Shown: positions 8,893 to 18,474, numbered from the stretch's first letter. The stretch is 64,000 bases of DNA from Flavobacteriales bacterium (GCA_016787995.1 JAEUTB010000188.1:9920-73919); one strand, 5' to 3'. Program-made: numbers and translations. Notes: generated from the letters alone by a model not told the origin.

Positions 8893-9054
8893 TTAGTTGC
8901 GATCCCATCCGCCGCGCTTGGGCGCGCCGTGCGCCTTGTCAGGCGCTGGCTGAACGGTCTCTGGTTTCTTCGGCTCATCGGCCTGGTTCGATCGCGCTGG
9001 CACGGGGGTACTGTTGATGCCCATGAGGAAAGCGATGAAAGCGATGGGGTTCAT
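8893..9054 (-). CDS. candidate precursor peptide (53 aa; 43 aa from ATG 9024) ending in C-terminal Asn
   Basis: Reads MNPIAFIAFLMGINSTPVPARSNQADEPKKPETVQPAPDKAHGAPKRGGWDRN-stop, on the same strand and 43 nt upstream of the E1-like gene. Support is positional only; no homology is claimed. Confidence 0.4.
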   Translation of the reverse strand: MNPIAFIAFLMGINSTPVPARSNQADEPKKPETVQPAPDKAHGAPKRGGWDRN

Positions 9055-9223
9055 GGTGAAGGGGTTTGTTGGGCAAAAGTGCGCGAGCACATAAAGGTCT
9101 CGCCATACCATGTGGATGGTATGCTGTCGTTCTACCGGTTGATCGAGGTGCGCCTATGATGAAGATGGTATGGCGTGTGTGCAGAGGGTCGAGGAACCTT
9201 TGGCCCTTCTACCCGAACAGGCC

Positions 9224-10654
9224 ATGATACGCGCGATCCTGATCACTCTTTCCATCGTTCATGCTGCAACATCCTGTATCGGGCAGAACGTCGGGATCAA
9301 TGCGAACGGCGCAGCGCCGAATGCAAGCGCCCTGCTCGATATCGATGGTAGCGCGATCGTGGGTCCCAAGCGCGGACTGCTCATTCCGCGCGTGACCACC
9401 ACCGAGCGCTTGGGCATCGTGGCACCGGCCACGGGTCTGCTGGTTTTCGATACCTCCTTCCTGGAATTCTGGTTCTTCGATGGCCTGGTGTGGGTGCCGC
9501 TGAACAACGGGCGAGCGTGGCGCACGAGCGGCAATGCCGGCATCGTTGGTGGCACACATTTCATCGGTACCACGGACGCCGCACGCCTGGACTTCCGTGT
9601 GAACAATGAACCGAGCGGCCACCTGGGCCATTTCTTGCGGAGCACAGCGTTCGGATATCGCTCCGGCGCATCCATCGTTAGTGGACAACGGAACACGTTG
9701 ATCGGTGCTCACGCTGGCGAACTATGTACCACGGGCTCTTACAACACGGCGGTCGGTTCGCACAGTTTGGAGACCAACACGACGGGCAGCTCCAATGTGG
9801 GCATCGGTGTATTCTGTTTGCAGAATAGTACCACCGGCTCAGGCAACACCGCTGTCGGGAACGAGTCCCTTACCAGCAATACAACTGGATACCGGAATTC
9901 GGCCGTAGGCGAGTCCGCTCTGCTGGACAACACTACGGGAGCGTATAATGTTGCTTTGGGTTCGTCTGCGTTAGCGAACAATACAACGGGCAACGACAAT
10001 ACGGCGATCGGCAGCGGCGCTGGTGATCAGAACATCACGGGGAACGGGAACGTCGCCATTGGGCATCAAAGCGGACCCGTCTGGTCTGGTCTACAGAATA
10101 CTACGAACTTGGGTCCGCAATGCTACACGTATGCGGACAACGCTGTGGCCGTGGGCTATGTTGCGCAGGCAGAAGGCGGCAACAGTATGGCGCTAGGGTA
10201 TGGCTCACGAGCGGTGGGTGCCAATAGCACGGCCATCGGTCAAACCGCGCTGGCGCTATCCCCCAATAGCCTGGTCCTGGGCGGCACCGGTGCGAACGCG
10301 GTCAGTGTGGGGATCGGCGTGTCGGCGCCATCGGCTACCTTGGAGGTGAACGGCTACACCAAACTGGGCTCCGACGCACCTGCGATCCGGACGAAGAAGA
10401 TCACCGTGAACACGCCCACCTCACAAGGAGCGGTGCTTTGGATACCCCACGGCGTCATCGGTAACCGGATCCTCTCCGTGCAACTGATGGTAGAATACGC
10501 TGCGGGGCAATTCGTGCCGGACAATTACGCCTTTACGGGCTATTACCTACGATGGACGATCACTGGAGCGAACATCGCTGTGGAGACCGTTGCGGCGTCA
10601 TCGGCAAATGTCCTGAACAAACCCATGAAGGTGTTCATCACCTATGAGCAGTAG
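9224..10654 (+). CDS. secreted tail-fibre/adhesin-head-like repeat protein
   Basis: Signal peptide from ATG 9224 (MIRAILITLSIVHAATSCIGQ). NVGINANGAAPNASALLDI lead-in. Many NT-A-[VI]-G repeats similar to YadA-head/Hep_Hag repeats. Paralogous to the central part of ORF 15505-18471, but it lacks the S74 domain. Confidence 0.75.
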   Translation: MIRAILITLSIVHAATSCIGQNVGINANGAAPNASALLDIDGSAIVGPKRGLLIPRVTTTERLGIVAPATGLLVFDTSFLEFWFFDGLVWVPLNNGRAWRTSGNAGIVGGTHFIGTTDAARLDFRVNNEPSGHLGHFLRSTAFGYRSGASIVSGQRNTLIGAHAGELCTTGSYNTAVGSHSLETNTTGSSNVGIGVFCLQNSTTGSGNTAVGNESLTSNTTGYRNSAVGESALLDNTTGAYNVALGSSALANNTTGNDNTAIGSGAGDQNITGNGNVAIGHQSGPVWSGLQNTTNLGPQCYTYADNAVAVGYVAQAEGGNSMALGYGSRAVGANSTAIGQTALALSPNSLVLGGTGANAVSVGIGVSAPSATLEVNGYTKLGSDAPAIRTKKITVNTPTSQGAVLWIPHGVIGNRILSVQLMVEYAAGQFVPDNYAFTGYYLRWTITGANIAVETVAASSANVLNKPMKVFITYEQ

Positions 10655-10663
10655 GGGCACGTT

Positions 10664-11247
10664 TCACTTCGCTTCCGCTGCGGTACCTGTCGGGTGGAGC
10701 GCAAGTACGCGCATTTTCATCGCTTCCAATTCCGCACGCACTTCCAACAACTGCTCCTGTTGCTCCTGCACTGCTTTTACCAAGGGCACCACGAACTGCT
10801 CGTAGCCGATGGTGTAGTGATCGGTCGGTACTCTTGGCCGATGCACACCGGAGAATTCATAGCCCAGTGCGATCGCGAGGCTGTCCACTTCCTGGCCAGG
10901 AAGCCGGTTTGCCTAACGTTTGGAGCGTTGGCCATGGCCTCGGCGTATGCGCGTTGTTCCTCCGCGTCCGCACTGTCGCGCATGTGCTTGGCCACACCGT
11001 TGAAGTCGTGGAACGCCGCGATGTCGAACCTGTACGTGACCGGTCGTAGTGCGTTGATGAATGCAAGTCCTGGGACATCCTCGCGCACGTCGTTCTTGAA
11101 GCGCGAATCGCTGATGTTCTGCCACGCACCGTACCCCCCGGCGAGGTTGGTGTTGTACAAGGGATCGCCGAACCGGATGACGTTGGCGGCCGTGCTCACC
11201 GTGTTGTAACCAACGGCCGTTCGACTGTTGCCGCTTCCGCGCGGCTG
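10664..11247 (-). pseudogene. 5-prime-truncated, frameshifted relic of a tail-fibre-like gene (Peptidase_S74 chaperone domain)
   Basis: The open frame begins at the codon right after the FG-GAP gene stop (QPRGSGNSRTAVGYNTVSTAANVIRFGD...SDSRFKNDVREDVPGLAFINALRPVTYRFD). It continues in another frame (DSLAIALGYEFSGV...[22 protein letters not shown]). There is an apparent 1-nt deletion near 10895 (GGCC where GGGCC would restore GFLAQEVDSL). It aligns to the C-terminus of ORF 15505-18471. Confidence 0.6.
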
Positions 11248-14200
11248 TCAGCGCTTGATCACGCGTTCGGCGGCCAGCACCTCGCCTCCATCATTGAGGA
11301 GCAGCAGGGTATAGGCGCCCGTGGGCAAGGAAGCCAGGGAGATGGGCGTTGGCGCTTCTGCAATGGACAACGAACCACTGCGCACCATGCGGCCCTGGTC
11401 ATCGATCACGGTGTACTGAACAACCTCGTCGCCCATGGCAGCCGCATCGACCCGGATGAGGTCCTCGGTAGGATTGGGGAAGACCCGTATCGTGTTCGAG
11501 ATACACGTTACGCTGGCCGTAGGGAGCGTGGTGCTCTGGCCATCCAGGTCGAACTGCAAGAGGCGGTAGTAGAGCACGGCCGCTGGTGTGGGCGCGGGAT
11601 CATGGTGAGCATAGTCCACCTGTTGATGGCTGTGGCCAGCTGCTGTTACCTGGCCGATATCCGTCCAGTGGGAACCATCCGCGCTGCGTTGCACCACGAA
11701 GTGGCTGCTGTTCTCTTCGCTGGCGGTGGTCCACGCCAATTGCACCGTACCGTTCGAACAGGTCGCATCGAACCACAGCAGCTCCACCGGCAGGGGCACG
11801 TTGTTGTGCGTGCCCAGCCCGTCGAGGTAGCCGGGCATATAGCGCCATGGCCCGAAGACCTGGCCTGTTATGGCTGTGGCAAGATCGAAGCGCACGCGGG
11901 CGCGCACCTTCGTGGCGGTGATCCCCGTTCCGCCACCGGGTTTGCCGATCAGGTTCTTCAGCTCCACGCCGGCCACAGCACCGGGGTTGAAGGTGGCCTG
12001 CTCGGCCGTGTGCGCGGTGCTGTTGTTCACAAGGCCATTGCTGCCGGTGCTGAAGGCGGCACCCTGGATCCGGGTCTCCCAGACGAGTTTCGTTCTCGTG
12101 CGGCCCAGGAAGGGGCGTGCGAACAGCCCCGCCCCGAATTGCGGGATGGGGATGTTCGCTGCAGTGATCGGTGTGCTCAGGTCCGTCTCGTAGAGCCTGA
12201 AGTGGCCTCGGGCAAGGTCTGAGCTGGTATTGCCGAAGTGGACGACGGCGATGTTCGACGTGTATTGACCGATCAACAGATCGCTGTACCCATCCCCGTT
12301 CACATCACCCGCACCAGCCGCGCTGTGCGAGCCACTGCCAAAGATGGTCAGGTCCGGCAAGTTGGTGGGCGCCCCGAAAATGGGGCCACCCAGTCCCCAT
12401 TGCCCACCGAAGTAGATCCTGGCCCCCACAGCGCATTCACTGACCACCACATCGCTGTAACCATCGGCGTTCAGATCGCCCGCGCTGGCCACCGTGGCGC
12501 CGTAGAAGCCCCCTCCGCCCAGGAAGGAGCTCCAAGATGGAGCGATCGACACACCAGCGGGACCACCGTGATGGATGTACGCCTGGAAGCCCATCCGCGC
12601 CATGATCACATCGCTGTAGCCATCCCCGTTCACATCGCCGACGCCACTGGCACAGGCCCCGCTGTGGGGGTTCGAGCCGAAGCGCTGGCCTACGAGAGTA
12701 TGGTTGAAAATGGAGGCGGGCAATGCGGGCAATCCCCCTGGTCCGCCATGGAAGATCACCACCCGGCCCCGGTCCGAGTTGAAGCCACCTGCACCGATGA
12801 TCACGTCGCTGTAGCCGTCGCCGTTCACATCGCCCGCGCCATCCACGCCTTCGCCGTAATTGCTGTTCGGCAGGTGCGGTGCGTCGAAGGGCGCCGAGAT
12901 CCAATCGGGTGTGGCGCTGAGCCCTGCGGGGCTTCCGTGGTACACCATGGCACGGCCTGCACCGGTGTTGTATCCCGGGTGCCCGATGATGACATCGGCA
13001 TAGCCGTCGGCATTCACATCGCCCGCGCAGCTCACACTGAAACCGAAGCGGGTGTTCACCGTGCCAGAAACCGTCCAGTTCGGTGCAGCCGACAGTCCGG
13101 CGGACGAGCCGTGGTAGACATGCACCGTACCTCCTTGCTCAGCCCCGATGATGACGTCGCTGAAACCATCGCCGTTCACGTCGCCCGCGCCGGAGACGCA
13201 GTACCCGAAGCCGGCGATCGCCATCTGGATGTATGTTCGGTCAGGCACGAGTGAGGTGCCCGCCAGAGACCCGTAATGGACGTATGCTCTATTTCCGCCC
13301 GGTGCACCGATGATCACATCGCTGTATCCATCGCCATTGACATCGCCAGCACTGGCCACGGTCCTGCCGTAGGCTGATGAACCAACGGGCCCCGGGAGCA
13401 CGCGATCGGCCGTGTTGCTGATGGACGCGGCTGCACCGGGATAACACCGCACACGTCCCTCGTTGGTGAGGGTACCATCGTGGAATTGGGCACCAACGAT
13501 CACATCGCTGAAACCGTCGCCGTTGAAGTCTCCTGCACTGGCCACGCTGCGTCCGAAGCGGGCATTCGCTTGGAACCCGGACAGGCTCGTGGGCACTGCA
13601 CTGATGCCGGTGGACATGCCCAAGAACAGGTCCACTTCTCCACCGCTCGAGTGTAGCGGTGAACCGGACAACACATCGGCGTAACCATCGCCGTTCACAT
13701 CACCCGCACAAGCCACGCTGCTGCCACGCTGTTCACCAGCAAAGTCCGGTTCAAGGGTCTGGTGAACGATGGTCAAGCCCGAGGCACTTCCGCGCGCGAT
13801 CTGGATACGGCCTTCGTCCGTTTGACCGCCATCCCAAAGCGGTGTACCCACCACCACATCGCTGTACCCATCGTTGTCCACATCGCCGGCGCTGGACACG
13901 CTGGTGCCAGCATTGGCGCTGGCCTGGTCGCTTTCCGCGGTCCAGTGCGCGGCCGTCAGCAGACCGGTGGCGCTGCCCAAGTGCACCACCGCCCGTCCTT
14001 CATCGGCCTGGCCGTTGTCGTAGAGCGGTGCGCCGTAGATGATGTCGCTGTATCCATCACCGTTCACATCACCGGCGCATGCCACGCTGGCTCCGGCGTT
14101 CGCACCGTCCTGGTTGCCTTCGGTGAGCCAGGTGACCGAGCTGGGCAGTCCGGTAGCGCTCCCGTGGAAGACGAAGACCCTGCCTTCGTTGGTGTTGCCC

Positions 14201-15432
14201 GAGTCGAAGAACGGTGCTCCGAAGATGATGTCGCTGTATCCATCGCCGTTCACATCGCCGGCACAGGCCACGCTGCGCCCCAGATAGGACGTGGCCTGAT
14301 CGCGCTCGTAGGTCCAGTTCGGCGTGGCCGAGAGCCCACTGCTGCTGCCCTGGAACACGTAGACACGTCCCTCATCGGTCTGGCCGTTGTCCAGGTAGGG
14401 CGCGCCAACGATCACATCGCTGTAGCCATCGCCGTTCACATCGCCGGCCGTGGATACGCAGTACCCGAACTGCGCCGATGCGGAATTGGATTCATAGGTC
14501 CAGCTGGGGGTTGTGGCTGGCCCCGAAGCGCTGCCATGGTACACCACCACGCGGCCTTCATTGGTCTGGCCGTTGTCGTAGAGATGATGCCCCACGATGA
14601 TGTCGCTGTAGCCGTCGCCGTTCACATCACCAGCGGACGCTACGCTCCAGCCGAACTCGCTGTTGGATTGTCCGCCGTCCATGGTCCACACCGGTGTGGT
14701 CACCAGTGGATCCACGGTCACGGGGTAGTGGGCCAACGCATCATCCACGGTGATGCGGATGGTATCACCGCTCAGGGTCATCTGTGCGGGCAACGTATCG
14801 CCATCGGCGTCCCAAACGCACAGTTCGCTGTAGCGAAGGACCTTGACCGATCCGGCGTTGGTGAACGAGATCGAGTTCTGGCCATCATCCGTGGGGTGAA
14901 GGCCACCGGCCACGGACAGGAACAGTTCCACAGGTCCGGTGCCGTGCAGGCGCTCATGCAGGATGAAGTTCTGCCGGATGCCTTCGGCGGTGTTCACATG
15001 CTCCACATCGAAAGGGCCGTGCCGCGCCAGCGTGCGCTGTTCCGATCGCTCCACCTCGGGCGTGGTCACCGGAAGGAACCGATCATCGGAGCGGCTTACG
15101 CGATCCAACAATATGGACACGGACCATGGCGCCTCCCCTTCACCTGTGGGCGAAAGGAGCATGCCGTCGTTCCGAATGGAGGCCTTCAGCCCTTGCGGAT
15201 CGGTCCACTCCACGTTCTTGGTCGACGAAGCACTGACCGACCGTTCCTCCCCGGCTGGCAACACGGGCAGGTCGCGCTGCGCTGCCAAGTGTTCTGACCG
15301 GTCTTGTTGAAGTGGATCCGGTTCCTCGGTCACGCCCCGCAGGGCCGGTGCTGCCGTTCTGGTGCATGCGGTCAATGCCAACAACAGCCCTGTCGACCAA
15401 AGCAACGAACTCAGAGATGATCGCGGGCGCAT
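11248..15432 (-). CDS. FG-GAP/VCBS (integrin-alpha-like) repeat protein with T9SS C-terminal sorting domain
   Basis: Lipoprotein-type signal (LLLALTAC). Fourteen copies of the GD[VFL][ND]xDG[YF][SA]D motif. C-terminal VFPNPTEDLIRV...GAYTLLLLNDGGEVLAAERVIKR. Confidence 0.9.
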   Translation of the reverse strand: MRPRSSLSSLLWSTGLLLALTACTRTAAPALRGVTEEPDPLQQDRSEHLAAQRDLPVLPAGEERSVSASSTKNVEWTDPQGLKASIRNDGMLLSPTGEGEAPWSVSILLDRVSRSDDRFLPVTTPEVERSEQRTLARHGPFDVEHVNTAEGIRQNFILHERLHGTGPVELFLSVAGGLHPTDDGQNSISFTNAGSVKVLRYSELCVWDADGDTLPAQMTLSGDTIRITVDDALAHYPVTVDPLVTTPVWTMDGGQSNSEFGWSVASAGDVNGDGYSDIIVGHHLYDNGQTNEGRVVVYHGSASGPATTPSWTYESNSASAQFGYCVSTAGDVNGDGYSDVIVGAPYLDNGQTDEGRVYVFQGSSSGLSATPNWTYERDQATSYLGRSVACAGDVNGDGYSDIIFGAPFFDSGNTNEGRVFVFHGSATGLPSSVTWLTEGNQDGANAGASVACAGDVNGDGYSDIIYGAPLYDNGQADEGRAVVHLGSATGLLTAAHWTAESDQASANAGTSVSSAGDVDNDGYSDVVVGTPLWDGGQTDEGRIQIARGSASGLTIVHQTLEPDFAGEQRGSSVACAGDVNGDGYADVLSGSPLHSSGGEVDLFLGMSTGISAVPTSLSGFQANARFGRSVASAGDFNGDGFSDVIVGAQFHDGTLTNEGRVRCYPGAAASISNTADRVLPGPVGSSAYGRTVASAGDVNGDGYSDVIIGAPGGNRAYVHYGSLAGTSLVPDRTYIQMAIAGFGYCVSGAGDVNGDGFSDVIIGAEQGGTVHVYHGSSAGLSAAPNWTVSGTVNTRFGFSVSCAGDVNADGYADVIIGHPGYNTGAGRAMVYHGSPAGLSATPDWISAPFDAPHLPNSNYGEGVDGAGDVNGDGYSDVIIGAGGFNSDRGRVVIFHGGPGGLPALPASIFNHTLVGQRFGSNPHSGACASGVGDVNGDGYSDVIMARMGFQAYIHHGGPAGVSIAPSWSSFLGGGGFYGATVASAGDLNADGYSDVVVSECAVGARIYFGGQWGLGGPIFGAPTNLPDLTIFGSGSHSAAGAGDVNGDGYSDLLIGQYTSNIAVVHFGNTSSDLARGHFRLYETDLSTPITAANIPIPQFGAGLFARPFLGRTRTKLVWETRIQGAAFSTGSNGLVNNSTAHTAEQATFNPGAVAGVELKNLIGKPGGGTGITATKVRARVRFDLATAITGQVFGPWRYMPGYLDGLGTHNNVPLPVELLWFDATCSNGTVQLAWTTASEENSSHFVVQRSADGSHWTDIGQVTAAGHSHQQVDYAHHDPAPTPAAVLYYRLLQFDLDGQSTTLPTASVTCISNTIRVFPNPTEDLIRVDAAAMGDEVVQYTVIDDQGRMVRSGSLSIAEAPTPISLASLPTGAYTLLLLNDGGEVLAAERVIKR
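12223..14670 (-). repeat. coding tandem array of 14 FG-GAP-like repeat units
   Basis: Counted from the translation (for example SAGDVNGDGYSDIIVG, TAGDVNGDGYSDVIVG, ... GAGDVNGDGYSDLLIG), spanning about aa 255-1070 of ORF 11248-15432. Confidence 0.85.
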
Positions 15433-15504
15433 GGCAGTGCAGGACCGGTCCGATCCGGGTGCAAGCTCCGCGTAGACACAGCGCGGGGCAATAACCCGTG
15501 CGGG

Positions 15505-18471
15505 TTAGCGTCGCTCCAGCTCTGCGATGCGCTTCTCCAGCCGTTCGATGATCGCTTGCTGCTCTTGCACCGCTTTCACCAGGGGTACTACGAATTCGGC
15601 GTAGCGCAGACCGTAGAGATCCTGATCGTTCTTCGGTTCGTCTACACCACTGAAATCGAAGCCGGTCTCGTTGGCGACCTTCTCCACCTCCTGGGCGATG
15701 AAACCCGTATAGCGAATGGCCGCCTGCTCGCTGCTGCTTTGCTCCGCATCGTTGTCGTCCGTGGGCAGCACATTGCCATCCTTGTCCTTCGTTACACCTT
15801 CTTTGCGGAAGGCGCGGAGTTTTGACACATCGTAAGTGTAGGTCACCGGTCGAAGCTTCAGAATGAAATCCAGCCCTTTGACATCGGATCTCACCTGCTG
15901 TTTGAATCGTCCATCGCTCACGGTGGTCCATCCCACCTGACCACCGATGCTGGTGACCAAGGAGTTGCCTACACGCACCATGTTGGTGGCCGTTGGCCGT
16001 GCATCGTATCCGAGGGCGGTGGTGTTACCGAAGCCGTTCGCCGACGGACCCGCGGTGCGGCCGATAGCCGTGTTGTTATGACCGGTGCTGTTGTTCTCGA
16101 GCGCATTGAAACCGATCCCGGTGTTGTAGCGAGCCGATGTCAGAGCCCCTCCGGCGCTGAAGCCGAGCGCCGTGTTGTACTCGCCGTTACCAGCGGTCTG
16201 GCCAAGTGAATAGGCGCCGACGGCCGTATTGCCTGCGCCAGTGGTATTGGAGGTCAGCGCACCGGTACCCACGCCCGTATTGGATGTGCCACTCGAATTG
16301 CTGGTCAGTGTGAACGAACCAACAGCGGTATTGTCCGATGAGAGCGAATTGCGCAAGGTGTTGTAGCCCACCGCGGTGCAGTTGAGGCCTGAGATGTTCG
16401 CGAACATCGCCTTGCTTCCGACGGCCGTGTTGTAGTAGCCGTCCGGGACGGGGATCTTCCCACCAGGTAGAGCGAGGCCATCGGCATTGTTGTACAATGC
16501 GCTATCGCCGATGGCCACCAGATTGCCCCGGTTGTTGTTGCGCCGCAGGGCATGCACACCGACCGCAACATTGGAATAACCGATGGTGTTGTCCGCAGCA
16601 GCATTCGCCCCAACGGCCACGTTGTTCGATCCCGTGGTGGTAAGCAAAGTGCCCAGGCCCACGGCCGTGTTCTGGGTGCCACCGTTCCCGCTGAACATGG
16701 ATAGTGCGCCCACTGCCGTGTTGGAAGTGCCGGTAACGGAAGATCGCAACGCACCTGCACCGACCGCGCAATTGCTGGAACCCGAGGTCAGGTTTGTGAG
16801 CGCAGCGGCTCCGATGGCTGTATTCGTGCCCCCTGTTGTAACGGTGTCCAACGCGTTCGATCCCACTGCGGTGTTGTCCGCTGCCGTGGAATAGCGTAAC
16901 GCAGCTTTGCCAACGGCCGTGTTACTTGTGCCGGTGGCGTTCGCCATGGCTTGGTGTCCGAAAGCGGTAAGTGCCGTGGACGGGCTCACCCACCCCGCGC
17001 GCTGGGCGTTCACCCGCATCTCCAACGCCACGTTGTCCGTGGTGCCGATGAAATTGGTGCCCGCTATCGTGGCCGCGTTGCCCGTCAATGCCCAGCCGTT
17101 CGCGCTCCCAGCGGGTCCTTGAGGTCCTTGGGGGCCGATCAGTGATGTGCCCGTGCCCCAACCACCTGCGGTCTTCGGGCCGAAGATGGCATCGCTCGTG
17201 GTGTTGATGTAGAAGTCACCCAGCGCACCGATTCCGACCGCTGGATCGGTGGTGCCGTTCAGCACGGACTTACCATCCGCACCGTTCGTTCCATTGGTAC
17301 CCGGAGTTCCTTGTGGGCCTGTTGCACCAGTAGGGCCAGCAACACCTTGTGGACCTTGTGCACCGGTAGCCCCGTTGGCACCGGGAGGGCCTTGTGCTCC
17401 AACTGCACCAGTAGCGCCCTGTGGACCTTGAGGACCAGTAGCACCCGCAGTACCAGTAGGACCTTGCGGCCCCTGTGGCCCCACAAGCGATGTTCCGACG
17501 CCCCAGCTACCAGCTGTCTTCGGGCCGTAGATCATATCGCTCGTGGTGTTGATGTAGAAGTCGCCGTTGGCACCGAGGGCACTTGCCGGTGCCGTCGTTC
17601 CATTGAGCACGGTGCGGCCGTCAGCACCTGCGGCCCCGGTCGCGCCTGTGGCTCCGGTCGCCCCTTGCTGGCCCGCTGGCCCTGTGGCGCCCGTGGCACC
17701 GGTAGCACCGGCAGGCCCCGTGGCTCCTTGTGGCCCCGCAGGTCCTTGCGGCCCGGTCGGCCCTTGAATGGAGCCGACATTCTCCCATGTATTGGTGTTG
17801 TTGCTCCACACATACAGGCTGCCGTTCACCAGGTAAGCATCACCGGGGTCGCCCGTACCAGGTAGTTGGTTCACGTTGGTGAGCGAGCCGAGGATGGTCA
17901 CCCCGGTCCCATCCGCACCTGCGGGTCCTTGCGGCCCTGCAGGTCCTTGGGCACCTTGCGGCCCCTGTGGTCCTTGCGCACCTGTGGCGCCGGTCGGTCC
18001 AGTAGCGCCGGCGGGCCCGGTTGCGCCTGTCGCTCCGGCGACCCCCTGCGGACCTGGAGGGCCTGCAGGACCTATCGGCCCGGGTGTGTTGCTGGTCTCT
18101 GCGAACAAGGCGTACGGCACGCTCATCAGTTGTGTGGTGCCCATCGGTGTCCCGTTCACGCTAGTGCGGACGAACCAGGGTCCATTGCTCCAATCGATAC
18201 TGGCGAACGAGCCACTGACCACCGTGCCACCGCCGATCGCCACGTTGGCCAGGCCGAAGGTGTTGGTGGTCACCGCATGGTTCTCGTTGTACACCACGGT
18301 GCCGCTACTGCTGCCTTGCAGCACGGCGATGCCCAGCGTCGCGGCGGTGTTCGCTTGAATTGTACCACTTGCATCGCGCAGGATCGCTTGGTAGTTGATG
18401 CGTTGCGGTGCTTGTGCCCACACGGCCGTAGCGAGTGCGAAGGCGAAGAGGAGGGAAACGGACTTCTTCAT
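15505..18471 (-). CDS. collagen-like, tail-fibre-domain protein with C-terminal Peptidase_S74 intramolecular chaperone domain
   Basis: Signal peptide [20 protein letters not shown]. Four G-X-Y tracts. NT-A-V-G head-like repeats. C-terminus [30 protein letters not shown]...[10 protein letters not shown]...[30 protein letters not shown], as in endosialidase/tail-fibre chaperone domains. Confidence 0.9.
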   Translation of the reverse strand: MKKSVSLLFAFALATAVWAQAPQRINYQAILRDASGTIQANTAATLGIAVLQGSSSGTVVYNENHAVTTNTFGLANVAIGGGTVVSGSFASIDWSNGPWFVRTSVNGTPMGTTQLMSVPYALFAETSNTPGPIGPAGPPGPQGVAGATGATGPAGATGPTGATGAQGPQGPQGAQGPAGPQGPAGADGTGVTILGSLTNVNQLPGTGDPGDAYLVNGSLYVWSNNTNTWENVGSIQGPTGPQGPAGPQGATGPAGATGATGATGPAGQQGATGATGATGAAGADGRTVLNGTTAPASALGANGDFYINTTSDMIYGPKTAGSWGVGTSLVGPQGPQGPTGTAGATGPQGPQGATGAVGAQGPPGANGATGAQGPQGVAGPTGATGPQGTPGTNGTNGADGKSVLNGTTDPAVGIGALGDFYINTTSDAIFGPKTAGGWGTGTSLIGPQGPQGPAGSANGWALTGNAATIAGTNFIGTTDNVALEMRVNAQRAGWVSPSTALTAFGHQAMANATGTSNTAVGKAALRYSTAADNTAVGSNALDTVTTGGTNTAIGAAALTNLTSGSSNCAVGAGALRSSVTGTSNTAVGALSMFSGNGGTQNTAVGLGTLLTTTGSNNVAVGANAAADNTIGYSNVAVGVHALRRNNNRGNLVAIGDSALYNNADGLALPGGKIPVPDGYYNTAVGSKAMFANISGLNCTAVGYNTLRNSLSSDNTAVGSFTLTSNSSGTSNTGVGTGALTSNTTGAGNTAVGAYSLGQTAGNGEYNTALGFSAGGALTSARYNTGIGFNALENNSTGHNNTAIGRTAGPSANGFGNTTALGYDARPTATNMVRVGNSLVTSIGGQVGWTTVSDGRFKQQVRSDVKGLDFILKLRPVTYTYDVSKLRAFRKEGVTKDKDGNVLPTDDNDAEQSSSEQAAIRYTGFIAQEVEKVANETGFDFSGVDEPKNDQDLYGLRYAEFVVPLVKAVQEQQAIIERLEKRIAELERR
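17272..18081 (-). repeat. collagen-like G-X-Y triplet-repeat tracts (coding)
   Basis: aa 131-189, 237-286 and 331-400 of ORF 15505-18471 are uninterrupted GXY (for example [58 protein letters not shown]). A short fourth tract lies at 17107-17136. Confidence 0.9.
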
Positions 18472-18474
18472 GGC

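Noticed and set aside
8893-9054. The small ORF as a ThiS/MoaD-type sulfur carrier for the E1-like enzyme (it contains GG near the C-terminus).
   Set aside because: It is too short and too Pro/charged-rich for a beta-grasp fold. The GG is followed by WDRN rather than being C-terminal, and no thiamine or molybdopterin genes are nearby.
12238-15297. Long plus-strand ORFs (338 aa and 511 aa) opposite the FG-GAP gene. Similar antisense ORFs lie at 1793-2800, 4048-5352, 17866-18936, 24219-25295, 26013-27272, 38588-40709, 41367-42980, 43432-45210 and 46650-47681.
   Set aside because: All lie inside and antisense to ORFs with recognisable domains. They show repetitive H/V/A/G/R-rich translations that simply mirror the sense-strand repeats. 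No independent start context or motifs were seen.
17107-18081. Highly periodic, repetitive DNA that could be mistaken for a tandem-repeat locus or a CRISPR-like array.
   Set aside because: The periodicity is 3/9 nt and translates into uninterrupted G-X-Y collagen tracts inside a long ORF. There is no repeat-spacer organisation.
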